Source: an uncultured Bifidobacteriaceae bacterium (GTDB taxonomy: Bacteria > Bacteroidota > Bacteroidia > Cytophagales > UBA9547). Taken from it: a DNA stretch of 64,000 nt. How positions within the stretch are numbered: position 1 is the first letter of the stretch; each line of letters opens with the position of its first letter. The translations under genes and the position numbers were made by a program. Positions 1-7,908 of this stretch are shown here, piece by piece. The stretch lies in assembly GCA_964565665.1 (NCBI GenBank), contig CAZMFZ010000001.1, forward strand, positions 6,668-70,667, in the 5' to 3' direction. The notes under the pieces were generated by a model that was given only the letters and a program-made list of their open reading frames with translations, made no database searches and was not told the origin of the DNA.

Positions 1-966
1 TTCTTCAAATATAAAAGCAGATCGCAATCGAGCCAAATTATTGGCATCTAAAGGGCCTAAACTATTGATGGGAGATAGAATAATGCCTGCTCCTACCCCC
101 AAAAATAAAGCTGTAACTATTATTGTATTTTTCTTCATGGTAATTATGGCAAAAAACACAAAAGCTGCAGGCAATATGGCATAAGCCGTTCTAGTACCCG
201 AAAACACCATCGATAGTAATAATACCAAACTGGTAGCCCACAGGTATAGTTTTCTGGCTATGCTCACTTTATCTAAACTCAGCACTATGCAAAGTACACC
301 AGCAAAAGCTGCCGTAATGCCAAATATGGTAGGTGAAGTAAAAAATGAACATTTCCTGAATTTGCCCCAATTGTAAAATAAGGAAAGTCGCTGCTCGTCA
401 CTCCTAATCCATTGCTCTTCAAATGGCAACAGCCCATGAAATTCTTGAAACAGCCCATACAAGCCCATAAGCAAACAGAGAAATACAAGTAATTCTATAA
501 AAAAATACAGCCGCTTTGGCGTGTTGATTACATAAGCTGCCACATAATAAAATAGTATAATCACAATCATAATCCTGATGCTAAATACCCAAGCCACTTT
601 CGAAATGGCATACGGATTAGCCACTTGCACCAAATTATATACTACCCATACAAGCAGCATTTTACCGGGAAGGTTGGTAAATACAGCCCATTCTTTTTTC
701 ATCATCATTTGCCAAATTACTGATAGCAACATCAGCACCACCAGTGCGTCCATTACTGTGCCTAGCGGCAAATCGGTAAATCGCAAAATTCCTAATATAA
801 AAAAAGAGACTATTAAGATTACATGCACCCCAAAATGCACATATTTCAGCGAGAAAATAACTACCGGAACGCCAATAGCAAGGGCTATTATAAAAATAGA
901 AAAAGGCAAAGAATCTATGGCAATCGCATAAGCAATAGCCACTGAAATCGCCAAAAATAGCACCAT
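1..966 (-). CDS. O-antigen ligase/polymerase-like (Wzy_C family) integral membrane protein; 3' end runs off the window
   Basis: The ORF is open to position 1, so it is absent from the track. Minus-strand translation from the ATG (964-966) reads MVLFLAISVAIAYAIAIDSLPFSIFIIALAIGVPVV..., with many hydrophobic spans. It contains ...LSMVFSGTRTAYAILPAAFVFF..., a loop motif typical of O-antigen-ligase domains. It is adjacent to a Wzx-type flippase. Confidence 0.6.
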   Translation of the reverse strand, partial: MVLFLAISVAIAYAIAIDSLPFSIFIIALAIGVPVVIFSLKYVHFGVHVILIVSFFILGILRFTDLPLGTVMDALVVLMLLSVIWQMMMKKEWAVFTNLPGKMLLVWVVYNLVQVANPYAISKVAWVFSIRIMIVIILFYYVAAYVINTPKRLYFFIELLVFLCLLMGLYGLFQEFHGLLPFEEQWIRSDEQRLSLFYNWGKFRKCSFFTSPTIFGITAAFAGVLCIVLSLDKVSIARKLYLWATSLVLLLSMVFSGTRTAYAILPAAFVFFAIITMKKNTIIVTALFLGVGAGIILSPINSLGPLDANNLARLRSAFIFEE

Positions 967-1145
967 GCCAAGTGGACTAAAATATTTCTTCTTAAAAAGT
1001 TGATCTGATATTAAATCAACCAAAGAAAAATTCTTAGCATCAAAAATTAAATTTTTCAATACACTATAAAAATATAACCTTCAAAAATATAACAAACAAA
1101 GTGAGTGCCACTACAATAACACTAATAATATAAATAAAAAGATCT

Positions 1146-2483
1146 TTATTTTCCACTTTTAGTAATCCGACTTAATAGGCTGATATAGAACAATTTATAA
1201 TATTGTATCGCATACATAATGATATTTAGAAAACGTATATCTAAAGTCCGCTTCAAATACACTTGCGTAAAAACAAACCCCAAAATACACATAGCCAAAG
1301 TGCCATAAGCTGTACCTATAATTCCTAGCCAAATGATGAAAAAGTAGTTTAAAACCAAGTTTATAACAATACTTGCTAGAATATAATAAAAATTAAGTTG
1401 CGGCTTGCCAATAGAGTCGAGTATAGTGCCAAACTGCCTCGCGAAAGGCAAAAATATCACTTGCAATAGGGTAATTTGCAGTATTGGCACAGCATCGGAA
1501 TAGGTAGGTCCGGCAATTATATTTACCAAATATGGAGCAAATACAATCATTAATACAATGCCTGGGGCTACCATACACAGTATTACCCCTACCGATTTTT
1601 CATAAAGTAGTTTGGCTGCACCCAATCCTTCTTCATATATTCTTTTAGAACTTTGTGGAAACACAATTGAAGCCACAGCATTTATTGGCACATCAAATAA
1701 ATTGACAATTCTAGCCGATAAATTATACAATGCTACAGACGTGGGTGCTAGCATATAACCCAGCAACATTTGGTCGCTCGATTTGAAAAAGGTAGCTCCA
1801 ATACTTGTGCCAAACGCAAACTTCCCATAGTGAAATAGCTTTTTAATCCATTCTGTATTGAATTCAAGGCTTAATTTCAGGTATTTTCTTGAAAATATAT
1901 AAGATGAAATAGATCCGATAATAGCCCCGAAGGTCTGAAAATTCACTATTTTCAACAAACTCAAGGCATCAGCATTTATAAAATGGTATACTATATAAAT
2001 AAAAAAACTGCTTTGGCGAATGAAATTGCTGATGAAAATACCTTTGAAATCAAGATTGGCCTGCTGAATGAAATTGAACTGAGAAAATGGAATCAGGGTT
2101 ATGGTAGTGAATATGTAAAACTTGAACATCAATTCCAATTGCGGACTATGCCACGATTGTGCCAAATATCCCGCTAAAAAAAAAATAAGTACAGATGAAA
2201 TGAGGGTGAGTAAAATATTCAAAGCCAATGAGGCCGACATTACAGAAGAATGTTCTCGCTCAGGCGTAGAAGCCAAAAATTTTACCACTGCATTCTGAAT
2301 AAGGCCATTTCTAGCCATTTCTATTAAAGTAGTTACCGACAGAAACAATGCCCAGATGCCAAATTCTTCTTTTGAAATAATTCTGATAAGCAGATAGAAG
2401 CCTCCAAAACCAAAAAACATGGTAGAAAGCTTTTCCATGATGGTGAGCAAACCCGAATTAATCCAGTATCCTTTTTGTGCCAA
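1146..2483 (-). CDS. polysaccharide/oligosaccharide flippase (Wzx, MOP superfamily)
   Basis: 445-aa polytopic membrane protein with a TTG start. The N-terminus ...FGFGGFYLLIRIISKEEFGIWALFLSVTTLIEMARNGLIQNAVVKF is typical of Wzx/polysaccharide biosynthesis protein families. Confidence 0.8.
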   Translation of the reverse strand: MAQKGYWINSGLLTIMEKLSTMFFGFGGFYLLIRIISKEEFGIWALFLSVTTLIEMARNGLIQNAVVKFLASTPEREHSSVMSASLALNILLTLISSVLIFFLAGYLAQSWHSPQLELMFKFYIFTTITLIPFSQFNFIQQANLDFKGIFISNFIRQSSFFIYIVYHFINADALSLLKIVNFQTFGAIIGSISSYIFSRKYLKLSLEFNTEWIKKLFHYGKFAFGTSIGATFFKSSDQMLLGYMLAPTSVALYNLSARIVNLFDVPINAVASIVFPQSSKRIYEEGLGAAKLLYEKSVGVILCMVAPGIVLMIVFAPYLVNIIAGPTYSDAVPILQITLLQVIFLPFARQFGTILDSIGKPQLNFYYILASIVINLVLNYFFIIWLGIIGTAYGTLAMCILGFVFTQVYLKRTLDIRFLNIIMYAIQYYKLFYISLLSRITKSGK

Positions 2484-2558
2484 TGTGTGCGGGTGAATGA
2501 AAATATAATATTATGCAAAAAAAACCTCAATCAGGTATAAACCTATTTACAACCTTAA

Positions 2559-2596
2559 AAAAGGTTGCCAATATTTGTAGCATTTGGCAACCTTTT
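2559..2596. other. perfect 13-bp-stem hairpin upstream of the flippase gene
   Basis: AAAAGGTTGCCAA (2559-2571) pairs with TTGGCAACCTTTT (2584-2596) around a 12-nt loop. It lies about 76 nt upstream of the flippase start. Role unknown (operator, 5' UTR structure or part of the adjacent repeat element). Confidence 0.35.
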
Positions 2597-2620
2597 GAAG
2601 GAAATTATTTCTACATACTC

Positions 2621-2686
2621 TGCCCTTGCAAGAGTTTTCCACCTGAAAGCCTATTTTTTAATTGGTGAAAATGCCAACTAAGGCCA
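2621..2686. repeat. left copy of a 66-bp direct repeat flanking the GTNAC array
   Basis: tgcccttgcaagagttttccacctgaaagcctattttttaattggtgaaaatgccaactaaggcca aligns without gaps to 3031-3096 with 10 mismatches in 66 (hand count). It contains the small hairpin TTGG-tgaaaatg-CCAA. Confidence 0.7.
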
Positions 2687-2709
2687 CATACACTTCAGAA
2701 GCCATATTT

Positions 2710-2935
2710 TTAACTCTAGTGTCACAACGTGAGCCTAAAGAATAACGTTGTGCAACTAAAGAGTAACGTTGTGTAACTCTAGTGTTACGATTTATAACTA
2801 ATGAGTAGCAACGTGTAACTCTCGTGTTACAGTGAGTGACTAAAGAGTGACAATTTGTAACTCTAGTGTTACAATGAGTGACTAAAGAGTTACAGTTTGC
2901 AACTCTAGTGTAGCAATCTGTAACACTAGAGTTAC
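2710..2935. repeat. phased array of ~11 x 21-bp units (22 GTNAC pentamers at alternating 11/10-bp spacing)
   Basis: GTNAC or one-mismatch variants start at 2710, 2721, 2731, 2742, 2752, 2763, 2773, 2784, 2794, 2805, 2815, 2826, 2836, 2847, 2857, 2868, 2878, 2889, 2899, 2910, 2920 and 2931. Two dyad types alternate: GTAAC-TCTAGT-GTTAC and GTGAC-TAAAGA-GT(G/T)AC. The last unit is the exact reverse complement of the first type. No ORF; many stops in all frames. Confidence 0.85.
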
Positions 2936-3030
2936 ATTGCCTAATAATAGAAATCGCAACTAACGAATGCTAGCCATAGTATCAGTTTACTATTTCCAAA
3001 CCAAAGCCCAAAATCAAAGTGTAAAATCTT

Positions 3031-3096
3031 TGCCCTGGCAAGTGTTGTCTACCTGTAAGCCTATTAGTTAGTTGGTGAAAATGCCAACCAAAGCCA
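3031..3096. repeat. right copy of the 66-bp direct repeat
   Basis: tgccctggcaagtgttgtctacctgtaagcctattagttagttggtgaaaatgccaaccaaagcca is the same length and orientation as 2621-2686, located 410 bp downstream of it. Confidence 0.7.
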
Positions 3097-3111
3097 GTCA
3101 GATTGGGCAAC

Positions 3112-3422
3112 TTAATTTAGAGGTTTATAATTCTCGTATTTGCCGAGTATCTGCTCTAAATGATATATTTCGTTTATATCATAAAAAGTAAAACCTTCTT
3201 CACCAATGATTTGCCACTTTCTGCGTTGAGAGGCAATTATTAGGTATATTTCAGGGAAATAAGCCAATGGCAAAAGTATTTCCAACCATCTTCCAGCACT
3301 ATACCTAATTTGTCTCTAAAAGCGAACCTCAATTTGGTTACCTTAGGTTTAATATGCAGAAATCCTGGAATCATTTTATAATAGCTTCTTAAAAAGGTTC
3401 TACAAAACCCTATAAATGGCAT
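3112..3422 (-). pseudogene. possible disrupted small gene of unknown family
   Basis: The track ORF 3240..3422 (...MIPGFLHIKPKVTKLRFAFRDKLGIVLEDGWKYFCHWLISLKYT**) ends in a double stop. A second frame continues as ...YFPEIYLIIASQRRKWQIIGEEGFTFYDINEIYHLEQILGKYENYKPLN*. This looks like one gene split by a frameshift. I cannot name the family. Its 5' end overlaps the GH13 stop. Confidence 0.2.
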
Positions 3423-5076
3423 ACGAAACGCCTTTCATCGTTAGTTTTGTACCATCTTTACTGGACACTTGAATTACTTTATTCCCATTTAAAAGCAATG
3501 TTTTCTTGCCCAATTTTACAGGCACTTCTACTTCCACATCTTGTCCTGAAGGGTTCACCGCTACCAGCACTTTTTCGCCTTGTTTCTCTCTCAAAAATAC
3601 GAAAGGATATTTATCTTTCTCAGCATACAAAATTTTGAAATCGGCATCGGCATCAAGTGCAATTTGATTTCTACGAGTATTCACCAATTTCTTTGTTTTA
3701 TTTAATAATGATGTTACGTTTTTATCTTGTTCGCTTGCGTTGGGAGATTTCGAAGCAGTATCAATGCCAAGCCAAAGTTTATTTGCTTGTGCTTTAGAAA
3801 ACCCTTTATTTTCCGCATTCGACCATTGCATAGGTGTTCTCGCACCCGAACGGGGAGGATAGCAGCCCTCAACTGAGGGTTGACCGTAAAGTTGTTTCAT
3901 CCCAATTTCATCGCCATAATAAATAAATGGCACACCAGGCATACACATTTGAAAAGCGTATATAAGTTCTAATTCTTCATCTGTACGATTTACGTTTATT
4001 CTTGACAAATCATGATTTCCGACAGGTAAAGAAATAAATCCTTTGCCTTTCGTGGCTTCATAATGCATATTGTATGCTTTCAAAAAAGCTGAAATATCGC
4101 CTTTGCCCTTTATATCAAACCAACTGTTGCCATCTCCCGATACATTATTGAGGTTTCTATTGGCTTCTTTTCTGAAAAGATTGTCATATTCGGGAATCCA
4201 ATGTAGAAAATCGGCTGTGAATCCGGCCTTAATAGCATCGATAGGATACGACCACTCCGATACCATGAATGCTTGCGGATAATCAGTATCTAACATTTGC
4301 TTTACTTCTTGCCAAAATTTAAAGCCTTCGCCATTTTTATCTTTGCGAATAATTGAGCCTGCCATATCTACCCTAAATCCATCGCAACCCATGTCGAGCC
4401 AATACCTCATTATTTTTTTCATCTCATCTCTCAATGCCATCACATCGGGGTGGGTAGCTGATAGCTGCCATTTTTGAGTTGTATCCGGTTCGCCATAGCC
4501 AAAGTTAAGTGCTGGTTGATGCCAGAAAAAGTTAGTCATATAGTTGCCATCACGCTCAGAAAAGCCGTTTATCATACCGCGACCTTTTTCTTTCCCCCCA
4601 TCGTTCCATGTTGAATTTGTCCAGATATACCAGTTTGAATATTTATTTTTCTCAGCTTTGGCCGATTCTTTAAACCAAGCATGGTCGATAGAAGTGTGCC
4701 CAGGTACAAAATCTACAATTACGCGTAAGCCACGTTTGTGTGCCTCTTCAAATAGTTTCTTGGTATCGTCAGTATTGCCATATCGGCTTGCTACTTTGTA
4801 ATAGTCGCTTACATCGTAGCCTGCATCTTTAAAGGGCGATTCGTAAAACGGATTGAGCCAAATGGCGCTTACGCCAAGGCTTTTCACATAATCAAGTTTT
4901 TCGATAATGCCTTTCAAATCGCCAATACCATCGGCATTGGTATCGTAAAAAGATTGGGGATAAATTTCATAAAATACAGCCGACTTTACCCAGCTTGGAA
5001 TGTGTGGGGCTGCATTTTGCGCTTGAATGAAAATACAAATTGTAAATGTTAAAAATGCTGCAAAGATGGTTTTCAT
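3400..5076 (-). CDS. secreted GH13 alpha-amylase-family glycosidase (alpha-glucosidase/oligo-1,6-glucosidase-like)
   Basis: It carries FYEIYPQSFYDTNADGIGDLKGIIEKLDYVKSLGVSAIWLNPFYESP, GLRVIVDFVPGHTS and GCDGFRVDMA, the classic GH13 conserved regions. The start is trimmed to MKTIFAAFLTFTICIFIQAQN (signal peptide) at 5076 rather than the TTG at 5133. Confidence 0.85.
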   Translation of the reverse strand: MKTIFAAFLTFTICIFIQAQNAAPHIPSWVKSAVFYEIYPQSFYDTNADGIGDLKGIIEKLDYVKSLGVSAIWLNPFYESPFKDAGYDVSDYYKVASRYGNTDDTKKLFEEAHKRGLRVIVDFVPGHTSIDHAWFKESAKAEKNKYSNWYIWTNSTWNDGGKEKGRGMINGFSERDGNYMTNFFWHQPALNFGYGEPDTTQKWQLSATHPDVMALRDEMKKIMRYWLDMGCDGFRVDMAGSIIRKDKNGEGFKFWQEVKQMLDTDYPQAFMVSEWSYPIDAIKAGFTADFLHWIPEYDNLFRKEANRNLNNVSGDGNSWFDIKGKGDISAFLKAYNMHYEATKGKGFISLPVGNHDLSRINVNRTDEELELIYAFQMCMPGVPFIYYGDEIGMKQLYGQPSVEGCYPPRSGARTPMQWSNAENKGFSKAQANKLWLGIDTASKSPNASEQDKNVTSLLNKTKKLVNTRRNQIALDADADFKILYAEKDKYPFVFLREKQGEKVLVAVNPSGQDVEVEVPVKLGKKTLLLNGNKVIQVSSKDGTKLTMKGVSYAIYRVL

Positions 5077-5139
5077 TAGTATAAAGATTGGTTTGTAAAA
5101 ATGTGAAGTTACAAATCTCTCTATAATTAGCAAAGTTAG

Positions 5140-6405
5140 CTACGTTGATTTTGGGAGTTTAATGGAGAGCGGAGTAGCCTTTTTCAACCGTTTGATTCTC
5201 AAGGGTTGCGTTTTCATGTAGGTGAATGATCGCCAAAGCCATTCTACAGGACCAAAATAAAAGTTTTTCATCCACCACCAAGACAGAAGTATTTCGAGGA
5301 TAAAAAACAACAATCCAATACTTATTGAAACTGCCACACCTAATTTGCCCATCAGGCCAAACCCTATTCCGTAAAACAAAAGCAGCCCAAACAGGCTTTG
5401 AAACAAGTAATTAGAAAGCCCGGTTTGCCCTACAAACCTTAGCCCATTCATACCATATTTCAATGGTGTTTTCCAAAAACAATAGGCAACTGCTAATAAA
5501 TACAATGCCGATAAACTGATTTGCTGAATGCCGTAATTGCTATTTTTTAAAAAGCGAGTGTACCAATAAGTTGTGAAATAAAGATTTTTAAATAAATATG
5601 CCAACAAACTAGAAATCAATACTAAAGCAATGGAGGCTATCAGAAGCTTGGCTATTTTTTTATGATTTGAAATGGTATTTAAAAATATATTATTCCTGCC
5701 TGCATACATTCCTAATAAAAACAACCCAATAGTAACTCCAAAGCGACCAGTTACTATTTGAAAATAAAAATTATCGGTAAATCCGCCTTCAATATTCATC
5801 TTTATTAATTCTAAAACTGACCCTGATTGTTTGATGATAAGTTGTTGAATGGCTGTGAATACTGGTTCATATATTATTTTCACCGACCCAGATGTAATTG
5901 CTATGGGTTTGTAAACCAATTGATTAGCCAGCTCTTTGCAAATCGGATAACTGAATACAATCAAAAAAACCGAGACGGCAAGCAATGCTTTGTTGCCAAG
6001 TTTACTCGCTGGGAATAAAAAAATAGATGCCAACCCATATATTTTTAGTATATCGCCTGCAAAAAAAAGACTGTGCAGTATGCCAAGAACGAGAAGAAAC
6101 GAAAGTCTTCGGGCATATTTTATTAAAAATGATGTTTCAAAAGCATGGGTGTGTTGAATTTGCAAGGCGAAATTTAACCCAAACAAGAAAGAGAATATGC
6201 TGAAAAACTTGCCAAATGTGAGTGCGAAGCTGAGATTTTCAAATAGCTTGTCGCAGCTGAAAATGATATTGTAATCGGGGTACGGAATAGGGCCGGCCAA
6301 GAAACCCAATGTTGCATGGTTGATAATGATGCCCAAAAGAGCAAATCCCCGCAGCACATCTATTACTGTATGCCTTTCTTTGGTACTAGATTGTTCCAAA
6401 CTCAT
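5140..6405 (-). CDS. DUF418 (YeiB-like) membrane protein
   Basis: N-terminal ERHTVIDVLRGFALLGIIINH and C-terminal FGPVEWLWRSFTY motifs with multiple TM helices between them. Confidence 0.7.
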   Translation of the reverse strand: MSLEQSSTKERHTVIDVLRGFALLGIIINHATLGFLAGPIPYPDYNIIFSCDKLFENLSFALTFGKFFSIFSFLFGLNFALQIQHTHAFETSFLIKYARRLSFLLVLGILHSLFFAGDILKIYGLASIFLFPASKLGNKALLAVSVFLIVFSYPICKELANQLVYKPIAITSGSVKIIYEPVFTAIQQLIIKQSGSVLELIKMNIEGGFTDNFYFQIVTGRFGVTIGLFLLGMYAGRNNIFLNTISNHKKIAKLLIASIALVLISSLLAYLFKNLYFTTYWYTRFLKNSNYGIQQISLSALYLLAVAYCFWKTPLKYGMNGLRFVGQTGLSNYLFQSLFGLLLFYGIGFGLMGKLGVAVSISIGLLFFILEILLSWWWMKNFYFGPVEWLWRSFTYMKTQPLRIKRLKKATPLSIKLPKST

Positions 6406-6543
6406 TCTGTTCGCTTCTCCTATTTGCTTTACATTTATAAATTACAAATATATAAATATCGGTTGTAGTTGTTGGGGAATGAATGGGCAGGCAATCTTTT
6501 TAGGCTTCCTATAATAAATAGAAAAATGAGAGTGGAAATGAGG

Positions 6544-7344
6544 CTAAAAATCAGTCTTAATTTTGGATAAAAAATCAGTTTCAGTTTTCTGCCCTGCTAA
6601 TTGGCCGCCATCCAATATCAATATTTGCCCAGTCATAAAGCTGCTTTCATTGCTGGCTAAAAATAAAAACGCAGGTGCAACCTCTTCTACTTTTCCAGTA
6701 CGATTCAATGGAATATATCTATCTACAAACTTCTGCACAAATTCGGGTGAGTCTATTTCAATCGACATTGGCGTTTGAATATAACCAGGACAAACAGCAT
6801 TTACCCTTATTCCCAAATGAGCCAACTCCAATGCCATAGTTTTGGTGAGCATGATTACACCTCCTTTCGAGGCATTGTAATGGGCATAGCCCGCCTCGCC
6901 ATCCATTCCGTTTTTACTTGCCATATTTACCACCACACCCGATTTTCGTTTTGCCATTCCTCTGCAAACCGCTTGGGAAATAAAGAACATTCCAGTGAGA
7001 TTGATATCTACAATTTTCTTCCAATCGGCCTCTTCAATTTCTAAAAATGGCGTTTCGCTTGCAATTCCGGCATTATTAATAAGTACATCTATTGGCGCAA
7101 TCGTTTCCGCTTTTGCTACAGCTTCATATACTTCTTTTCTATTGCTCACATCTACTAAGTAGGTGTAAACTCTTTTCGCCATCTTTTCAAGTTCTATTTT
7201 GGCAGTATTCAGATTCTCTGCATTGAAATCGAACAAGGAAAGTATTGCTCCTTCGGCTGCAAACTGTTTTGCAATTTCAAAGCCAATACCTCTTGCAGCT
7301 CCTGTGATTAAGACATGCTTGTTTTCAAATCTATTAAGTCTCAT
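6544..7344 (-). CDS. SDR-family oxidoreductase
   Basis: TGAARGIG Rossmann motif, NNAG, and the YxxxK site (YNASKGG). Confidence 0.85.
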   Translation of the reverse strand: MRLNRFENKHVLITGAARGIGFEIAKQFAAEGAILSLFDFNAENLNTAKIELEKMAKRVYTYLVDVSNRKEVYEAVAKAETIAPIDVLINNAGIASETPFLEIEEADWKKIVDINLTGMFFISQAVCRGMAKRKSGVVVNMASKNGMDGEAGYAHYNASKGGVIMLTKTMALELAHLGIRVNAVCPGYIQTPMSIEIDSPEFVQKFVDRYIPLNRTGKVEEVAPAFLFLASNESSFMTGQILILDGGQLAGQKTETDFLSKIKTDF

Positions 7345-7831
7345 TTATAGATATTTTAGGTTTTAAATAATCAATTTTAGATTGGGATGGCACACACATT
7401 TCACGAACAATGGCAGTATAGGAAGTATCGCCCGAGTACACCCTATAATCTAGCACCAAACTTTGAACCATGCCTGCGAAAACACAGGCAGGATTATTCA
7501 TCCAGTTTTCCCAAGTTTTGCCTTTGGCATAGTCTTTCGGATCACGCATGTGTGGCCCTTGAAAACAGCATGAAATATAATATAGCTTTGCTTTTGTGGC
7601 CGAATCGACAGGTGTACCCGATTTTTTGAATTCAGAAGCCCTTTTTGCCGTTTCTACATACGATGCACCAGGAATTTCAGGCTTGTAGCCGCCTAATAAT
7701 TTTCCCTTGTTATCAAGAATTTTCTTGTAGCCGCAAATAGAATCTGAAGTGGTAAGTTTTATTGTTTGGGCATTTGTGTAGGAAATAAAACCCCAAAATA
7801 GAATGTAAAATAAATAAGTAGTTTTTTTCAT
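7334..7831 (-). CDS. hypothetical secreted protein
   Basis: MKKTTYLFYILFWGFISYTNAQ signal peptide. Its stop overlaps the SDR start by 11 nt, an operon-like arrangement. No family recognised. Confidence 0.5.
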   Translation of the reverse strand: MKKTTYLFYILFWGFISYTNAQTIKLTTSDSICGYKKILDNKGKLLGGYKPEIPGASYVETAKRASEFKKSGTPVDSATKAKLYYISCCFQGPHMRDPKDYAKGKTWENWMNNPACVFAGMVQSLVLDYRVYSGDTSYTAIVREMCVPSQSKIDYLKPKISINET

Positions 7832-7868
7832 GTGTAGCATATAGATTATTGTATGAAATAGCTTTCAT

Positions 7869-7892
7869 AGCCCTCGGTTTAAACCGAGGGCT
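7869..7892. terminator. GGTTTAAACC-centred hairpin downstream of the aminotransferase gene
   Basis: AGCCCTC-GGTTTAAACC-GAGGGCT is a perfect palindrome 17 nt after the stop of the 7909..9237 gene. It is followed by TTTTG on the plus strand only, so terminator function is plausible but not classical for the minus strand. Confidence 0.45.
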
Positions 7893-7908
7893 TTTGTAAA
7901 ATAGATAT

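Noticed and set aside
2710-2935. Whether the repeat array is a CRISPR array.
   Set aside because: The period is only 21 bp, and there are no unique spacers of 25-40 bp between conserved repeats. Units alternate between two related dyads, and no cas genes are nearby.
3400-5133. The long N-terminal extensions given by the ORF track for several secreted proteins (3400..5133, 29797..31887, 52240..54210, 54556..55293, 47941..49038).
   Set aside because: In each case an internal Met is followed by a canonical signal peptide or by the conserved family N-terminus. The longer form would overlap a neighbouring gene or add a non-conserved leader, so I trimmed the coordinates accordingly.
7334-7840. The 168-aa secreted protein as a truncated polysaccharide-lyase (heparinase II/III or alginate-lyase N-terminal) fragment.
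   Set aside because: Only a weak resemblance (..LVLDYRVYSGDTSYTAIVREM.. against the ..LA.AY.LTGD..YA..A.. pattern) supports this. The ORF has a clean start, a signal peptide and an operon-style overlap with the next gene, so I left it as hypothetical.
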